From positions 79,343-143,342 of the forward strand of contig CAWDHZ010000036.1 of NCBI GenBank assembly GCA_963802225.1: 64,000 bases of DNA, written 5' to 3'. Within the stretch, counting starts at the first letter, position 1. Each line of letters opens with the position of its first letter. Made by a program: the position numbers and the translations under genes. The notes beneath the pieces are model-generated. The model did no database searches and was not told where the DNA came from. It was given only the letters and a program-made list of their open reading frames with translations. The stretch comes from an uncultured delta proteobacterium. Lineage in GTDB: Bacteria; Desulfobacterota; Syntrophia; Syntrophales; UBA2192. Below, piece by piece: positions 26,428 to 35,191 of this stretch.

Positions 26428-27159
26428 ATGAGCTATGAGGTCAAACTCGACATTTTTGAGGGGCCGCTCGATCTTCTCCTTTACCTGATCCGGAAGAACG
26501 AGCTCGACATCTACAACATCCCCATGGCCCTCATCACGGAGCAGTACCTGGCCCATCTCGAGATGATGAAGGCCCTCAATCTCGATCTGGCCGGGGAATA
26601 CCTCGTTCTGGCGGCAACGCTTGTCCACATCAAGTCGAGAATGCTCCTGCCCGTCGAGGAAGGGGAGAAGGAAGGCGAGGAAGAGACAGACCCCCGCGCG
26701 GAGCTGGTGAGGCAGCTGCTCGAGTACCAGGCCTTCAAGGAGGTGGCCCTCAGCCTGGACAGGCGCAATCTCCTGGACCGGGACGTTTTCAAGCGGATTC
26801 AGGCCGTCGAGGAGACGACTGACGAGCAGGAAGACCCCCTGGTCGAAGTGACCCTCTTCGAGCTGATCGAGGCCTTCAAACAGGTCGCCGAGCGGATGGA
26901 CAAGGAGGACCTGCTGGAGATCGACACGGAGCGGATCTCGCTATCCGACCGGATCAACGAAATCCTGGAGGACCTCTTGCGGGAGAAGAGCCTGTCCTTC
27001 ACGGATCTGCTGAAGACGAGCCGCACCAGAAAAGGCATTATCTACACGCTCCTGGCCATCCTCGAGCTCATGAAGATGCGGGTCGTCAGGGCTTTCCAGG
27101 CCGATCCGTTCGGGCCGATCCGAATTTTCCCGGCAGTGGAGGAATCAACCGATGGATGA
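26428..27159 (+). CDS. scpA: segregation and condensation protein A
   Basis: MSYEVKLDIFEGPLDLLLYLIRKNELDIYNIP... is a typical ScpA N-terminus. ATG 26428 lies 5 nt after the reconstructed trpS stop. Confidence 0.9.
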   Translation: MSYEVKLDIFEGPLDLLLYLIRKNELDIYNIPMALITEQYLAHLEMMKALNLDLAGEYLVLAATLVHIKSRMLLPVEEGEKEGEEETDPRAELVRQLLEYQAFKEVALSLDRRNLLDRDVFKRIQAVEETTDEQEDPLVEVTLFELIEAFKQVAERMDKEDLLEIDTERISLSDRINEILEDLLREKSLSFTDLLKTSRTRKGIIYTLLAILELMKMRVVRAFQADPFGPIRIFPAVEESTDG

Positions 27160-27673
27160 TGTGAGAGCCATTGTCGAAGCGCTGATCTTCGCCTCGGAGA
27201 CACCCCTCTCGGTGGAACGTTTGAAAGACATTGTGGGGGACATGGATCGCAAGGCGATCCTGGAGATCCTGCAGGACATCGAGCTGGAGTACCGTCAGCG
27301 AAGCGGCGGCCTGTGCCTCATGGAGGTTGCCGGGGGCTACCAGTTCAGGACGAAGACGGAATATGCCCCCTGGATCAAGAAGCTGAGAGGCATCCGGCCC
27401 ATTCCCCTTTCCCCCGCAGCCATGGAGACCCTGTCCGTGGCTGCCTATCGGCAGCCCGTGACGAGGCAGGAGATCGAGAAGATCCGCGGAGTCGACGTGA
27501 GCGGATCGCTCAAGGGACTTCTGGAAAAGAAACTCATCCGGATCGTGGGACGAAAGAACGTTCCGGGTAAACCCATCATGTACGGCACGACGAAACGATT
27601 TCTCGAGGTATTCGATCTGAAAGATCTTTCGGAGCTCCCCACACTGCGGGAAATCACGGAGATGGAGGAATAG
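27152..27673 (+). CDS. scpB: segregation and condensation protein B
   Basis: EALIFAS..PL pattern and tandem winged-helix pattern; overlaps the scpA stop. Confidence 0.9.
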   Translation: MDDVRAIVEALIFASETPLSVERLKDIVGDMDRKAILEILQDIELEYRQRSGGLCLMEVAGGYQFRTKTEYAPWIKKLRGIRPIPLSPAAMETLSVAAYRQPVTRQEIEKIRGVDVSGSLKGLLEKKLIRIVGRKNVPGKPIMYGTTKRFLEVFDLKDLSELPTLREITEMEE

Positions 27674-27678
27674 CCCTC

Positions 27679-28407
27679 ATGGAGGAGCGGATCCAGAAAA
27701 TCATCGCCGCCGCGGGCATCTGCTCGAGGAGGGCTGCCGAGGAACTCATCCTTGCCGGGAAGGTTCAGATCAACGACCGTGTCATCCGGCAGCTGGGGAC
27801 CAAGGCAGACGCCGATCGGGATGAAATCCGCGTGGACGGCAAGCTGATCACCACCGAGGTCGAGCGCCTCTATGTCGTCCTGAACAAGCCGGCGGGGTAT
27901 GTGACGACCATGAAGGACCCCGAGGGCCGGCCCGTCGTCTCGGATCTCCTCTACGCCATCGGCGAAAGGGTCTATCCCGTAGGAAGGCTCGACTATGACT
28001 CCGAGGGCCTGTTGATCATGACCAATGACGGCTCGTTTGCCGAACGCGTCCAGCACCCCCGGTACGAGATCCCGCGCACCTATCTCGTCAAGGTCAGGGG
28101 GCGGCTCGCCCGGAAAGAAATCCAGGCCATGCTCAAGGGGATCAAACTGGAGGACGGGCCCTTCTCGGTAAAAGAAGTGCACGAGGAGAAATCCAACGAG
28201 AAGAGCCAGTGGCTCCGGGTCACCATCGTCGAGGGCCGCAACCGCATCATCCGGCGGGCCATGGTGGCCCTGGGGCATCCCGTTGCAAGGCTGATCCGGG
28301 TCGGCCTGGGAAAGTTGGAGCTGGGCAACCTCAAACCGGGAGAATACCGCCACCTTCGGAAGAGGGAAATCGAAGATCTTCTCGGCCAAAAACCGAAAAA
28401 AGGTTAA
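27679..28407 (+). CDS. rluB: pseudouridine synthase, RsuA/RluB family
   Basis: S4 domain (RIQKIIAAAGICSRR.AE.LI..G.V.IN) plus the catalytic motif GRLDYDSEGLL. Confidence 0.85.
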   Translation: MEERIQKIIAAAGICSRRAAEELILAGKVQINDRVIRQLGTKADADRDEIRVDGKLITTEVERLYVVLNKPAGYVTTMKDPEGRPVVSDLLYAIGERVYPVGRLDYDSEGLLIMTNDGSFAERVQHPRYEIPRTYLVKVRGRLARKEIQAMLKGIKLEDGPFSVKEVHEEKSNEKSQWLRVTIVEGRNRIIRRAMVALGHPVARLIRVGLGKLELGNLKPGEYRHLRKREIEDLLGQKPKKG

Positions 28408-28415
28408 AAATGTTC

Positions 28416-28445
28416 TTGACATTCCATCATGACCGAAACTAATAT
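28416..28445 (+). promoter_or_regulatory. sigma-70-type promoter candidate (TTGACA-18-TAATAT) for the IHF-beta-like gene
   Basis: Perfect -35 box, good -10 box, about 85 nt upstream of ATG 28529. Confidence 0.5.
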
Positions 28446-28528
28446 CCAATGAAAACGCGCAATTAATCCCTTTTTAGTTTTGCATCGACAAGCCCTTGCG
28501 GCTTATTTCGCTTTGATACGGGGGGACT

Positions 28529-28825
28529 ATGAACAAGTCGGGATTGATCGAGGAGCTGGCAAGGCGGGAGAACCTGACGGAGAAGAAGGCCACCGACGTG
28601 GTCAATCTCATATTTAAGGGATTTACGGAAGAGCTGAAGATCAGCGGCCGGATCGAGATCCGCGGATTCGGAAGCTTCGTGGTCCGGGATTACGAGTCCT
28701 ACACGGGCCGAAACCCCAAGACGGGCATGAACATCACCGTTTCCCCGAAGCGGCTCCCCTTCTTCAAGGTCGGCAAAGAGCTTCGCGACAAGGTGAACCT
28801 GGACGACGACGACGGCGAAGAGTAA
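28529..28825 (+). CDS. ihfB: integration host factor beta-like protein (HU/IHF family)
   Basis: KS.LIE.LA......., RIEIRGFGSF......R.GRNPKTG......K..P.FK.GKELRD.VN closely follows the E. coli IHF-beta pattern. Acidic tail. Confidence 0.8.
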   Translation: MNKSGLIEELARRENLTEKKATDVVNLIFKGFTEELKISGRIEIRGFGSFVVRDYESYTGRNPKTGMNITVSPKRLPFFKVGKELRDKVNLDDDDGEE

Positions 28826-28867
28826 ATTCTATCTCTTGAGCCGCAACCGGACAACGTGATAGGAAAT

Positions 28868-28897
28868 GGGGGATCATATAGAGCTATGATCCCTTTT
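28868..28897 (+). terminator. rho-independent terminator
   Basis: GGGATCATA-tagagc-TATGATCCC followed by TTTTT. Confidence 0.85.
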
Positions 28898-28902
28898 TAT
28901 TT

Positions 28903-29787
28903 ATGGGACTGAAATCGACATTTCGCAGAATCCTGTCAAGCCGCGGGTTCAACCACCCCCTGGTCCCCGCCGGGCTTTTCGCCGTCACCGTGCTGACCAC
29001 CCTCATGGCGGGCGCCCTGCAGGCCGGGGTGAATCCAATCGAAAACCCCTGGGGAATCTGGAAGGGCGTCCCTTTTTCCTTCACGCTGATGCTCATCCTG
29101 GGTTGTCACGAGCTGGGCCACTGGCTGGCATCCAGGAGGCACGGGGTGGACGTGAGCTTTCCCTATTTCATCCCGGGGCCCACCCTCGTGGGGACCTTCG
29201 GGGCCTTCATCGCCATGAAGTCTCCTATCTCGGACCGAAACGCACTCATCGACATCGGGGCGGCGGGGCCGCTGGCAGGTCTTGCCGTGACCATTCCCGT
29301 CCTGTTCGTGGGACTTGCGCTCTCCCAGGTCGTCCCTGCGGTACAGACGGAAGGAGTCGGTATCCACCTCGGCGAATGCGCCCTGTTTTCGGCCGTCAAC
29401 TGGATCGTTCACGGGACCATAGGACCGGATCAGGACGTGATCCTCCACCCCGTGGCCTTTGCGGGCTGGATCGGCCTTCTGGTCACCTCTCTCAATCTCA
29501 TTCCCGTGGGGCAGCTCGACGGCGGCCACATCGTTTATGCGATTTTCGGAGCTCGACAACGGGAGGTGGCCTGGATGGTGGTGGCGATGCTGCTGGTCCT
29601 CGGGATCGTGGGATGGGAGGGATGGCTCATCTGGGGCGGGATCCTGCTCATCCTGGGAGTGAGCCACCCGCCGGTGATCTACGAATGGGGCGAGCTGGAC
29701 AACAGGCGCCTGGCAATCGGGTATTTGGCAATGTTCTGCTTTGCCCTGACCTTTATGCCCATCCCGTTTACGAGCATAAATCTATGA
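28903..29787 (+). CDS. site-2 protease family (M50) membrane metalloprotease
   Basis: HELGH zinc motif within a TM segment, several TM helices, and an LDGG-type motif (GQLDGGH). Confidence 0.8.
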   Translation: MGLKSTFRRILSSRGFNHPLVPAGLFAVTVLTTLMAGALQAGVNPIENPWGIWKGVPFSFTLMLILGCHELGHWLASRRHGVDVSFPYFIPGPTLVGTFGAFIAMKSPISDRNALIDIGAAGPLAGLAVTIPVLFVGLALSQVVPAVQTEGVGIHLGECALFSAVNWIVHGTIGPDQDVILHPVAFAGWIGLLVTSLNLIPVGQLDGGHIVYAIFGARQREVAWMVVAMLLVLGIVGWEGWLIWGGILLILGVSHPPVIYEWGELDNRRLAIGYLAMFCFALTFMPIPFTSINL

Positions 29788-29827
29788 CAGGGTCCAGGGT
29801 AAAGGGGACAGGGTTCAGGGTCAAAGG
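29787..29827 (+). repeat. GGGT-heptad array (5 G-tracts), sense 3' end of the M50 protease gene
   Basis: acagggt ccagggt aaagggg acagggt tcagggt caaagg, starting at the stop codon. Confidence 0.85.
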
Positions 29828-29848
29828 AATGAATTCTTTTTTTCTCTT

Positions 29849-29880
29849 CCCTGTACCCTTAACCCTGTACCCTGTACCCC
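29849..29880 (-). repeat. GGGT-heptad array on the minus strand, sense 3' end of radC
   Basis: Plus strand ccctgtacccttaaccctgtaccctgtacccc; the reverse complement is ggggtacagggtacagggttaagggtacaggg. Inverted relative to 29787..29827. Confidence 0.85.
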
Positions 29881-29884
29881 GTCT

Positions 29885-30568
29885 TCAGAGGATTCCCTCC
29901 TCCCGGAAGCTGAAGAAGCGATTCTCGCCCACAATCAGGTGATCGTGCAGCACGATGTCCATGACCCGTGCCGCATCTTGAAGTACCCGCGTCAGGCGAA
30001 TGTCCGCGTCCGAGGGGCGCACGTGCCCCGAGGGGTGATTGTGGACGAGGATGATGGCCGATGCCTTGTGCTTGAGGGCTTTCTCGAGGACCTTGCGGGG
30101 GTAGACGACGGCCTGGTTCACGATCCCCTCCTGGATGGTCTCCACCTGGATGATCCGGTTTCTCGCATTCAGGTAGATCACGGCAAAATGCTCGTCTTTC
30201 AAGCCGCCCATGGAGGCCAGGCAGTAATCGATCAGCTCCTTCGTCGAGGAGATTTGATCCTTCAGCTCAGCACCCTGTCGAAGGTAAAGAGTGCGGACAT
30301 CTCTCACGACCCTGAAAAACAGCGACGAGTGCTCTCCGATGCCCGGAACCTCCCTCAGTGCCTTGAGATCGGCGTCCAGGACGCCTTTCAACGACCCGAA
30401 TCGCTTCAGAAGTTCCTTTGCCCGGGCCTTCACGTCTCCCTGCGGAATGGCGTAGAATAGAAGAAGCTCCAGGATCTCATAATCCTGCAGACCCTCCATT
30501 CCCGCTTTTTCGTACCTCTCTTTCAGGCGCTTCCGATGCCCGAGATGGTGGGGTGCCTCTTTTTCCAT
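29885..30568 (-). CDS. radC: RadC-family JAB/MPN domain protein (UPF0758)
   Basis: HLGHRKRLKERY N-terminus, HhH region, and JAMM motif (HNHPSGHVRPSDAD). Confidence 0.85.
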   Translation of the reverse strand: MEKEAPHHLGHRKRLKERYEKAGMEGLQDYEILELLLFYAIPQGDVKARAKELLKRFGSLKGVLDADLKALREVPGIGEHSSLFFRVVRDVRTLYLRQGAELKDQISSTKELIDYCLASMGGLKDEHFAVIYLNARNRIIQVETIQEGIVNQAVVYPRKVLEKALKHKASAIILVHNHPSGHVRPSDADIRLTRVLQDAARVMDIVLHDHLIVGENRFFSFREEGIL

Positions 30569-30583
30569 ACAGAAGGACCTCTC

Positions 30584-31414
30584 TCAGGATTTAGCGGCAT
30601 GAGACCGTTGACGGGCGACGCGAAACGCGAAGGCGGTCAGGAAAAGAAGAAAATTCGTCATGACAATCGTTGCCCCCGTGGGAAGATTCATGGCCAGAGA
30701 GATGAAAACCCCGCCCACGACGGAAGCGAGGGCCGCGCAGGCCGAGATCAGCATGGCGTCTTTGAAACCCCTCGCAAGCTGCAAAGCGGTGACGGCCGGC
30801 AGGATGAGCAGGGCCGAGATGAGCATGATCCCCACGACGTTCATGGACAGGACGACCGTGACGGCCGTCAGAAGAACCAGGATCGTGTTGAGCCTCTCCG
30901 TGCCGATGCCGGAGACGCGGGCAAACTCCTCGTCGAAGGTCATCGAAAAGATATCGTTGAAGAACAGGAGGATGACGGCCAGCACGACGATGGAAAGGGC
31001 AACGGAGATGACCATCTCGCCTTGGCCGATGGCCAGGATGTTTCCGAAGAGGTAGCTGAAAAGATCCACGTTGAACCCGCCGGCCACACTGGCGAGCAGT
31101 ACGCCACCGGCGATTCCGAAGGACGAGACGACGCCGATCGCTGCGTCGCCATAGAGCCTCGCCCGTTGCGTGAGTTTGAGAATGCCCAGGGAGCACAGCA
31201 TGACCAGCGGAATCGAGACGTAAAGGGGGTAGACGCGAAAGAACAATCCCAGGGCCACGCTGCCGAAAGTGACGTGGGCGAGCCCGTCGCCAATGAGCGA
31301 GAAGCGGCGCAGTACGAGGATCACGCCCAGTGTTGAGCATAACAGCGCGATGAAGGAGCCGCAGATAAGCGCCCTCTGAATGAAGCCATATTGCAGATAC
31401 TCTAAAAAATCCAT
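30584..31414 (-). CDS. znuB: metal (Zn/Mn-type) ABC transporter permease
   Basis: ABC-3 family pattern, about 8 TM helices. Start taken at MDFLEYLQYGFIQRAL (31414). The znu assignment follows operon context (Zur-like regulator, His-rich binding protein). Confidence 0.8.
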   Translation of the reverse strand: MDFLEYLQYGFIQRALICGSFIALLCSTLGVILVLRRFSLIGDGLAHVTFGSVALGLFFRVYPLYVSIPLVMLCSLGILKLTQRARLYGDAAIGVVSSFGIAGGVLLASVAGGFNVDLFSYLFGNILAIGQGEMVISVALSIVVLAVILLFFNDIFSMTFDEEFARVSGIGTERLNTILVLLTAVTVVLSMNVVGIMLISALLILPAVTALQLARGFKDAMLISACAALASVVGGVFISLAMNLPTGATIVMTNFLLFLTAFAFRVARQRSHAAKS

Positions 31415-31418
31415 CCGT

Positions 31419-31451
31419 CCCTGTACCCTGTGCCCTGAACCCTTTGTCCCC
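31419..31451 (-). repeat. GGGT-heptad/G-tract array inside the operon, between the ATPase stop and the permease start
   Basis: Plus strand CCCtgtaCCCtgtgCCCtgaaCCCtttgtCCCC, giving 5 G-tracts in the minus-strand mRNA. Confidence 0.85.
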
Positions 31452-31464
31452 GGCGCCGTGCGCA

Positions 31465-32217
31465 TCAGTGCCGATGGCAGATGATGTGCTGGGATTCGGC
31501 CCCGAAGAGGCGGGTCATGCGGTCCGATTGGCAGAACTCATCGAATCCCCCGTAAAAAAGGAGCTTCCGGTCGATCCACAGGAGGTGATCGGCATATTTC
31601 CCGATGTTGCCGATATCATGTGTGACCAGGATGATGGAGGTGTCCCTGGTTTCCTGAAGGTCCTTCAGGATGCTGAAAAAAGAATCACGCGCCTCGGGGT
31701 CGAGAGCGGCCGTGGGTTCGTCGAGGATCAGCAGCGCCGGTTTGTTCACCATGGCCCGGGCGATGAGGACACGCTGCTGCTGCCCCCCGGAAAGCTCCCC
31801 CACCCGGGTGTCGCCGATCGACGCGATGCCGAGCAGGTCGAGGACCCCATCGATGACCCGCTTGTCCGAGCGGGCAATGGTTCTGGGGAAACGTTTCCCG
31901 GACAGGAGACCGAGGGCGACGATCTCGCGAACCGTCGACGGGAAATACGGGTTGAGCGCGGAAAGGGACTGGGGCAGATACCCCACCTTCGCCCAGAGCC
32001 GAAAGTCGGAAATGTCCTGGCCGAACAGGCGAATCGCTCCGCGCCTGCATGTCGCAAGGCCGAGGATCAGCTTGACGAGAGTTGTCTTTCCCGAGCCGTT
32101 GGGTCCCACGAGGCCCACGAAACTGCCCGCCTCGACGCAGAAGGATACGTCCTCGAGAACGGGGATCGAGTTGTAGGAGAAATGGAGATGATCGACTTCG
32201 ATGATCTTCACGGGCAT
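31465..32217 (-). CDS. znuC: metal ABC transporter ATP-binding protein
   Basis: Walker A GPNGSGKTT, LSGGQQQR signature, Walker B LLILDEP. Confidence 0.9.
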   Translation of the reverse strand: MPVKIIEVDHLHFSYNSIPVLEDVSFCVEAGSFVGLVGPNGSGKTTLVKLILGLATCRRGAIRLFGQDISDFRLWAKVGYLPQSLSALNPYFPSTVREIVALGLLSGKRFPRTIARSDKRVIDGVLDLLGIASIGDTRVGELSGGQQQRVLIARAMVNKPALLILDEPTAALDPEARDSFFSILKDLQETRDTSIILVTHDIGNIGKYADHLLWIDRKLLFYGGFDEFCQSDRMTRLFGAESQHIICHRH

Positions 32218-33176
32218 TTCAATCCGGTTTTGAGGCTTTCGAGATTCCGATCCATCAGCGTGATGAAGGTTTCCCCCCTGTCGAACTGTTCCTTCGCAAG
32301 GTTTCCCGCGGGGTGGAGCTTCAGCAGGGTGGCACCCGTCTCCCTTGCAAGGGTTTCGGCGACCCGGGGGTTGATCAATTCTTCATGGAAAATGGTATCG
32401 AGGCGGTTTTCCCGGATCAGTTTCGTGAGCTTCACGAGGGTCGCCGCTGTCGGTTCGGCATCCGGTGAGACGCCGTAGACGGAGACATAGCGGAAGCCAT
32501 AGCGCTTCGCCATGGTATCGAAAGCGAAGTGTCCGCCGTTGACGAGGACTTTCTTTTCACAGGTTTGCAGGCCCTTGCGGAACCTCTCGTCGAGCGCCTT
32601 CAATTGCTCGATATAAGAGACGGCATTTTTCTCGTAGACATCTTTTCCCTCGGGGTCATTTTTCGCGAGCCCGTCACGGATGTTTTCCACCATCTTCACG
32701 GCGTTGGCGAAGTCGAGCCAGATGTGAGGGTCAATTGCACCGGAGTGATCGGGATGCCCATGTTTTTGCTTTTCCTGGAGGTCGTGCCGGTGCTCCTTAT
32801 TCTCCTGGCCTTCCCCCGTGATTACGCCCTGGCTCGTGTTGATGACTTCGAGATTCCTGTTCTGAAGGCCTTTCAGGATATCCGCCGCCCAGGGTTCCAT
32901 GTCGGGGCTTGTGTACAGAAAGACATCGGCCTTGTTGAGCCTCACGATGTCTGCCGGCTTGGGCTCAAAGCCGTGAGGCTCGGCGCCCGGGGGAAGAAGA
33001 AGGGTCACTTCCGCCCGCTGACCGGCCACGTTCTTCGCAAAGTCGTAGAGCGGGAAGAGGGTGGCAACCACAACGAGCCTCTTCATCTCCTGCTTTTTCT
33101 CCTCTTGCCGCGCACAGGAAGAAAACGCGAGGGCAACGAACAGAGAGAAGAAAAAAAGAAGAGCCCGCTTTCTCAT
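32208..33176 (-). CDS. znuA: metal ABC transporter substrate-binding lipoprotein with His-rich loop
   Basis: Signal/lipobox (LAFSSC), cluster-9 binding-protein pattern, and a His/Glu-rich insert (EGQENKEHRHDLQEKQKHGHPDHSG). Confidence 0.85.
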   Translation of the reverse strand: MRKRALLFFFSLFVALAFSSCARQEEKKQEMKRLVVVATLFPLYDFAKNVAGQRAEVTLLLPPGAEPHGFEPKPADIVRLNKADVFLYTSPDMEPWAADILKGLQNRNLEVINTSQGVITGEGQENKEHRHDLQEKQKHGHPDHSGAIDPHIWLDFANAVKMVENIRDGLAKNDPEGKDVYEKNAVSYIEQLKALDERFRKGLQTCEKKVLVNGGHFAFDTMAKRYGFRYVSVYGVSPDAEPTAATLVKLTKLIRENRLDTIFHEELINPRVAETLARETGATLLKLHPAGNLAKEQFDRGETFITLMDRNLESLKTGLKCP

Positions 33177-33201
33177 GCTGAGATCCTTTTTGCGTGAATG
33201 G

Positions 33202-33654
33202 TTATTCCTTCGCTCGACGATGACCGTCCTTGCTCAGATTGCAGGGTCCGCATACCCCGGAGAGGTTGAGCGTGATCCCGTCGACGGTCTGGTTGCCAGT
33301 CAGCAGATGTTCGAAGCGTCTTTCGCGGAGGACCTGCTCGGGCAGGCAGGACAGACTCCGGCAGATGCGGCAGTAGAAATGGGGGTGGGTCGGGTTGTGC
33401 CGGCACGCCATTTCATAGAAATTCACGCCGTGATCCGTCGCGATTTCCCGGATGATGCCCTCGGCTTTGAAGGAAGCCAGGATCCGGTAGACCGTGACCT
33501 TGTTGATCTGGCCTTCACCGCAGACCCGGTCGAGGATGTCCTTTACCCTCAGCGGGGTCTGAGCATGAACGAGTACCGTCAGGACGGCCACGCGCTGGGA
33601 TGTTTTCGAAAGGCCCGCATGCTCGAGCGTGGTATGGATGTCGCAGTGTTCCAT
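33202..33654 (-). CDS. zur: Fur family regulator (Zur-like by context)
   Basis: Winged HTH (TSQRVAVLTVL....PL.VKDI), HHHF-type and CxxC motifs (HFYCRICRS...). Sits at the head of the znu operon. Confidence 0.75.
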   Translation of the reverse strand: MEHCDIHTTLEHAGLSKTSQRVAVLTVLVHAQTPLRVKDILDRVCGEGQINKVTVYRILASFKAEGIIREIATDHGVNFYEMACRHNPTHPHFYCRICRSLSCLPEQVLRERRFEHLLTGNQTVDGITLNLSGVCGPCNLSKDGHRRAKE

Positions 33655-33678
33655 GGCTGAGAAAGACTATACGATAAA

Positions 33679-33693
33679 TGCAACTGATTTGCA
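33679..33693. promoter_or_regulatory. candidate Fur/Zur-type operator TGCAA-ctgat-TTGCA
   Basis: AT-rich inverted repeat in the divergent zur / ccdA intergenic region. Confidence 0.3.
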
Positions 33694-33775
33694 AATGCTT
33701 TTCCGCGATGACCCTGTCGCTGCACTTGCACGGCTCGTTGATTTGCGTTATGGGAGAACAGGGTGAAAACGATCC

Positions 33776-34486
33776 ATGGATATGATTGAACATTTAATCG
33801 GGCAATTCGAGTTCTATCTCGGGCAATCCCTTCTGCTTGCCTATGGCGCAGCATACCTGGCAGGCGTCCTTGTCAGCTTCACCCCCTGCATCTATCCCGT
33901 CATTCCCATAACGGCAGCCGTCATCGTCGGACAGGGGGACGTATCCGCAGCCAGGGGCTTTGTGCTGTCGCTGTTCTTTGTCTTGGGCCTTGCGCTGACC
34001 TACACGGCACTCGGGGTCTTCGCGGCCTTGACAGGCAAGCTCTTCGGGACGATACAAACGAGCCCTCTGACCCTGGGGGTTCTGGGGGGGCTTTTCATCC
34101 TCATGGGGCTTGCCATGCTGGATGTATTTCAATTGTCCCTGGAACGATACGCGCCCCGGGGACTGACAGGCGGAAATCGCAAAGGCGTCTTCGGGAGTTT
34201 CATGATCGGGGTGACGTCGGGCTTCATCCTGGGCCCCTGCACTGCGCCCGTTCTGGCTGTCATCCTCGGAGTTGTGGCGGCCAGGCAGAGCGTATTCTTC
34301 GGTGGATCGCTGCTCTTCGTGTTCTCGCTCGGCGTAGGCTCGCTGCTCGTCCTCGTCGGCACGTTCGCGGGGATCCTTGCCAGCCTTCCGAAATCGGGTG
34401 CCTGGATGACCGGCGTAAAAAAGCTGTCCGGGATCGTGATGCTTGCCGCCGGCGCTTATTTTCTGTACAGTGCCTACATCGCCTAA
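33776..34486 (+). CDS. ccdA: cytochrome c biogenesis / thiol-disulfide transporter CcdA (DsbD family)
   Basis: FTPCIYPVIP and GPCTAPVL motifs; 6 TM helices. Confidence 0.85.
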   Translation: MDMIEHLIGQFEFYLGQSLLLAYGAAYLAGVLVSFTPCIYPVIPITAAVIVGQGDVSAARGFVLSLFFVLGLALTYTALGVFAALTGKLFGTIQTSPLTLGVLGGLFILMGLAMLDVFQLSLERYAPRGLTGGNRKGVFGSFMIGVTSGFILGPCTAPVLAVILGVVAARQSVFFGGSLLFVFSLGVGSLLVLVGTFAGILASLPKSGAWMTGVKKLSGIVMLAAGAYFLYSAYIA

Positions 34487-34504
34487 ACGAGAGGTTCTGA
34501 AACG

Positions 34505-34999
34505 ATGAACTGGAGACTGCCGTTCCTTCTGCTCTTCTGCTGCGCCTTTGCGTTCGCCTGCTCCATCGGCGAAGAACCCAAGAAAGGCCCGCCGGCGGTG
34601 ATCGCCGTGAATGCCGCGGGGCCGGATTTCAAGCTCAAGGACCTCAAGGGGCAGGAGGTGAGTCTCGGCAGCTATCGGGATCGTCCCGTTCTGCTCGTTT
34701 TCGGAACGACGTGGTGTCCCTACTGCCGTGAGGAAATCCCGCGTATCAAGGAAATCTTTGAGAAGGGAAAGGAGAAGAAGCTGGAGGTTCTCAATATCTA
34801 CATCAATGAGCCGGAGGCCAAGGTCTCCGATTTCGCATCAAAATACAAACTCCCTTATCCTGTCCTGCTCGACAAAGACGGGCAGGTGGCCGAGCGCTAC
34901 CAGGTCCGCGGAGTCCCGACGCTCGTCCTGCTGGACAGGCAGGGCAAGATCGTGTGCTATCAGTGCAGGAACCTGGATGCCATGCTCAATGGCCTGTGA
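34505..34999 (+). CDS. TlpA/ResA-like thioredoxin-fold thiol-disulfide oxidoreductase
   Basis: Signal peptide with lipobox-like FAFAC, WCPYC active site, and a GVPT cis-Pro loop. Confidence 0.85.
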   Translation: MNWRLPFLLLFCCAFAFACSIGEEPKKGPPAVIAVNAAGPDFKLKDLKGQEVSLGSYRDRPVLLVFGTTWCPYCREEIPRIKEIFEKGKEKKLEVLNIYINEPEAKVSDFASKYKLPYPVLLDKDGQVAERYQVRGVPTLVLLDRQGKIVCYQCRNLDAMLNGL

Positions 35000-35066
35000 G
35001 GGTTCGAGGCCCGAGGATTGACAAGGGAAGGGCGAACGGCGAACGGATCTCCGACTTTCTGAATCA

Positions 35067-35104
35067 CCTTATCAACTTCTTAACCAGTCAACTCATCAAC
35101 TCAT
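35067..35104 (+). repeat. TATCAAC-word degenerate octamer array
   Basis: ccttatcaac ttcttaac cagtcaac tcatcaac tcat; the same word as in 22549..22580 and 47979..48013 (minus-strand sense). Confidence 0.75.
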
Positions 35105-35164
35105 TTCCCAATATTTTCTCTTGATTACCCTTGCTTTTTCACCCCGCAAAAGATAAATTGCAAT

Positions 35165-35179
35165 TGAGAATCATTCTCA
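35165..35179 (+). promoter_or_regulatory. Fur box candidate: perfect 15-bp palindrome TGAGAATCATTCTCA
   Basis: Resembles the Fur consensus core (GATAATGATAATCATTATC). Ends 12 nt upstream of the feoB start. Confidence 0.65.
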
Positions 35180-35191
35180 GAATATAGGGAA

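Noticed and set aside
25429-27159. A 576-aa TrpRS-ScpA bifunctional fusion protein, as suggested by the ORF track.
   Set aside because: The canonical TrpRS C-terminal helix and its stop codon are intact in the +1 frame just before the scpA ATG. A single-base homopolymer indel explains the read-through better than a genuine fusion.
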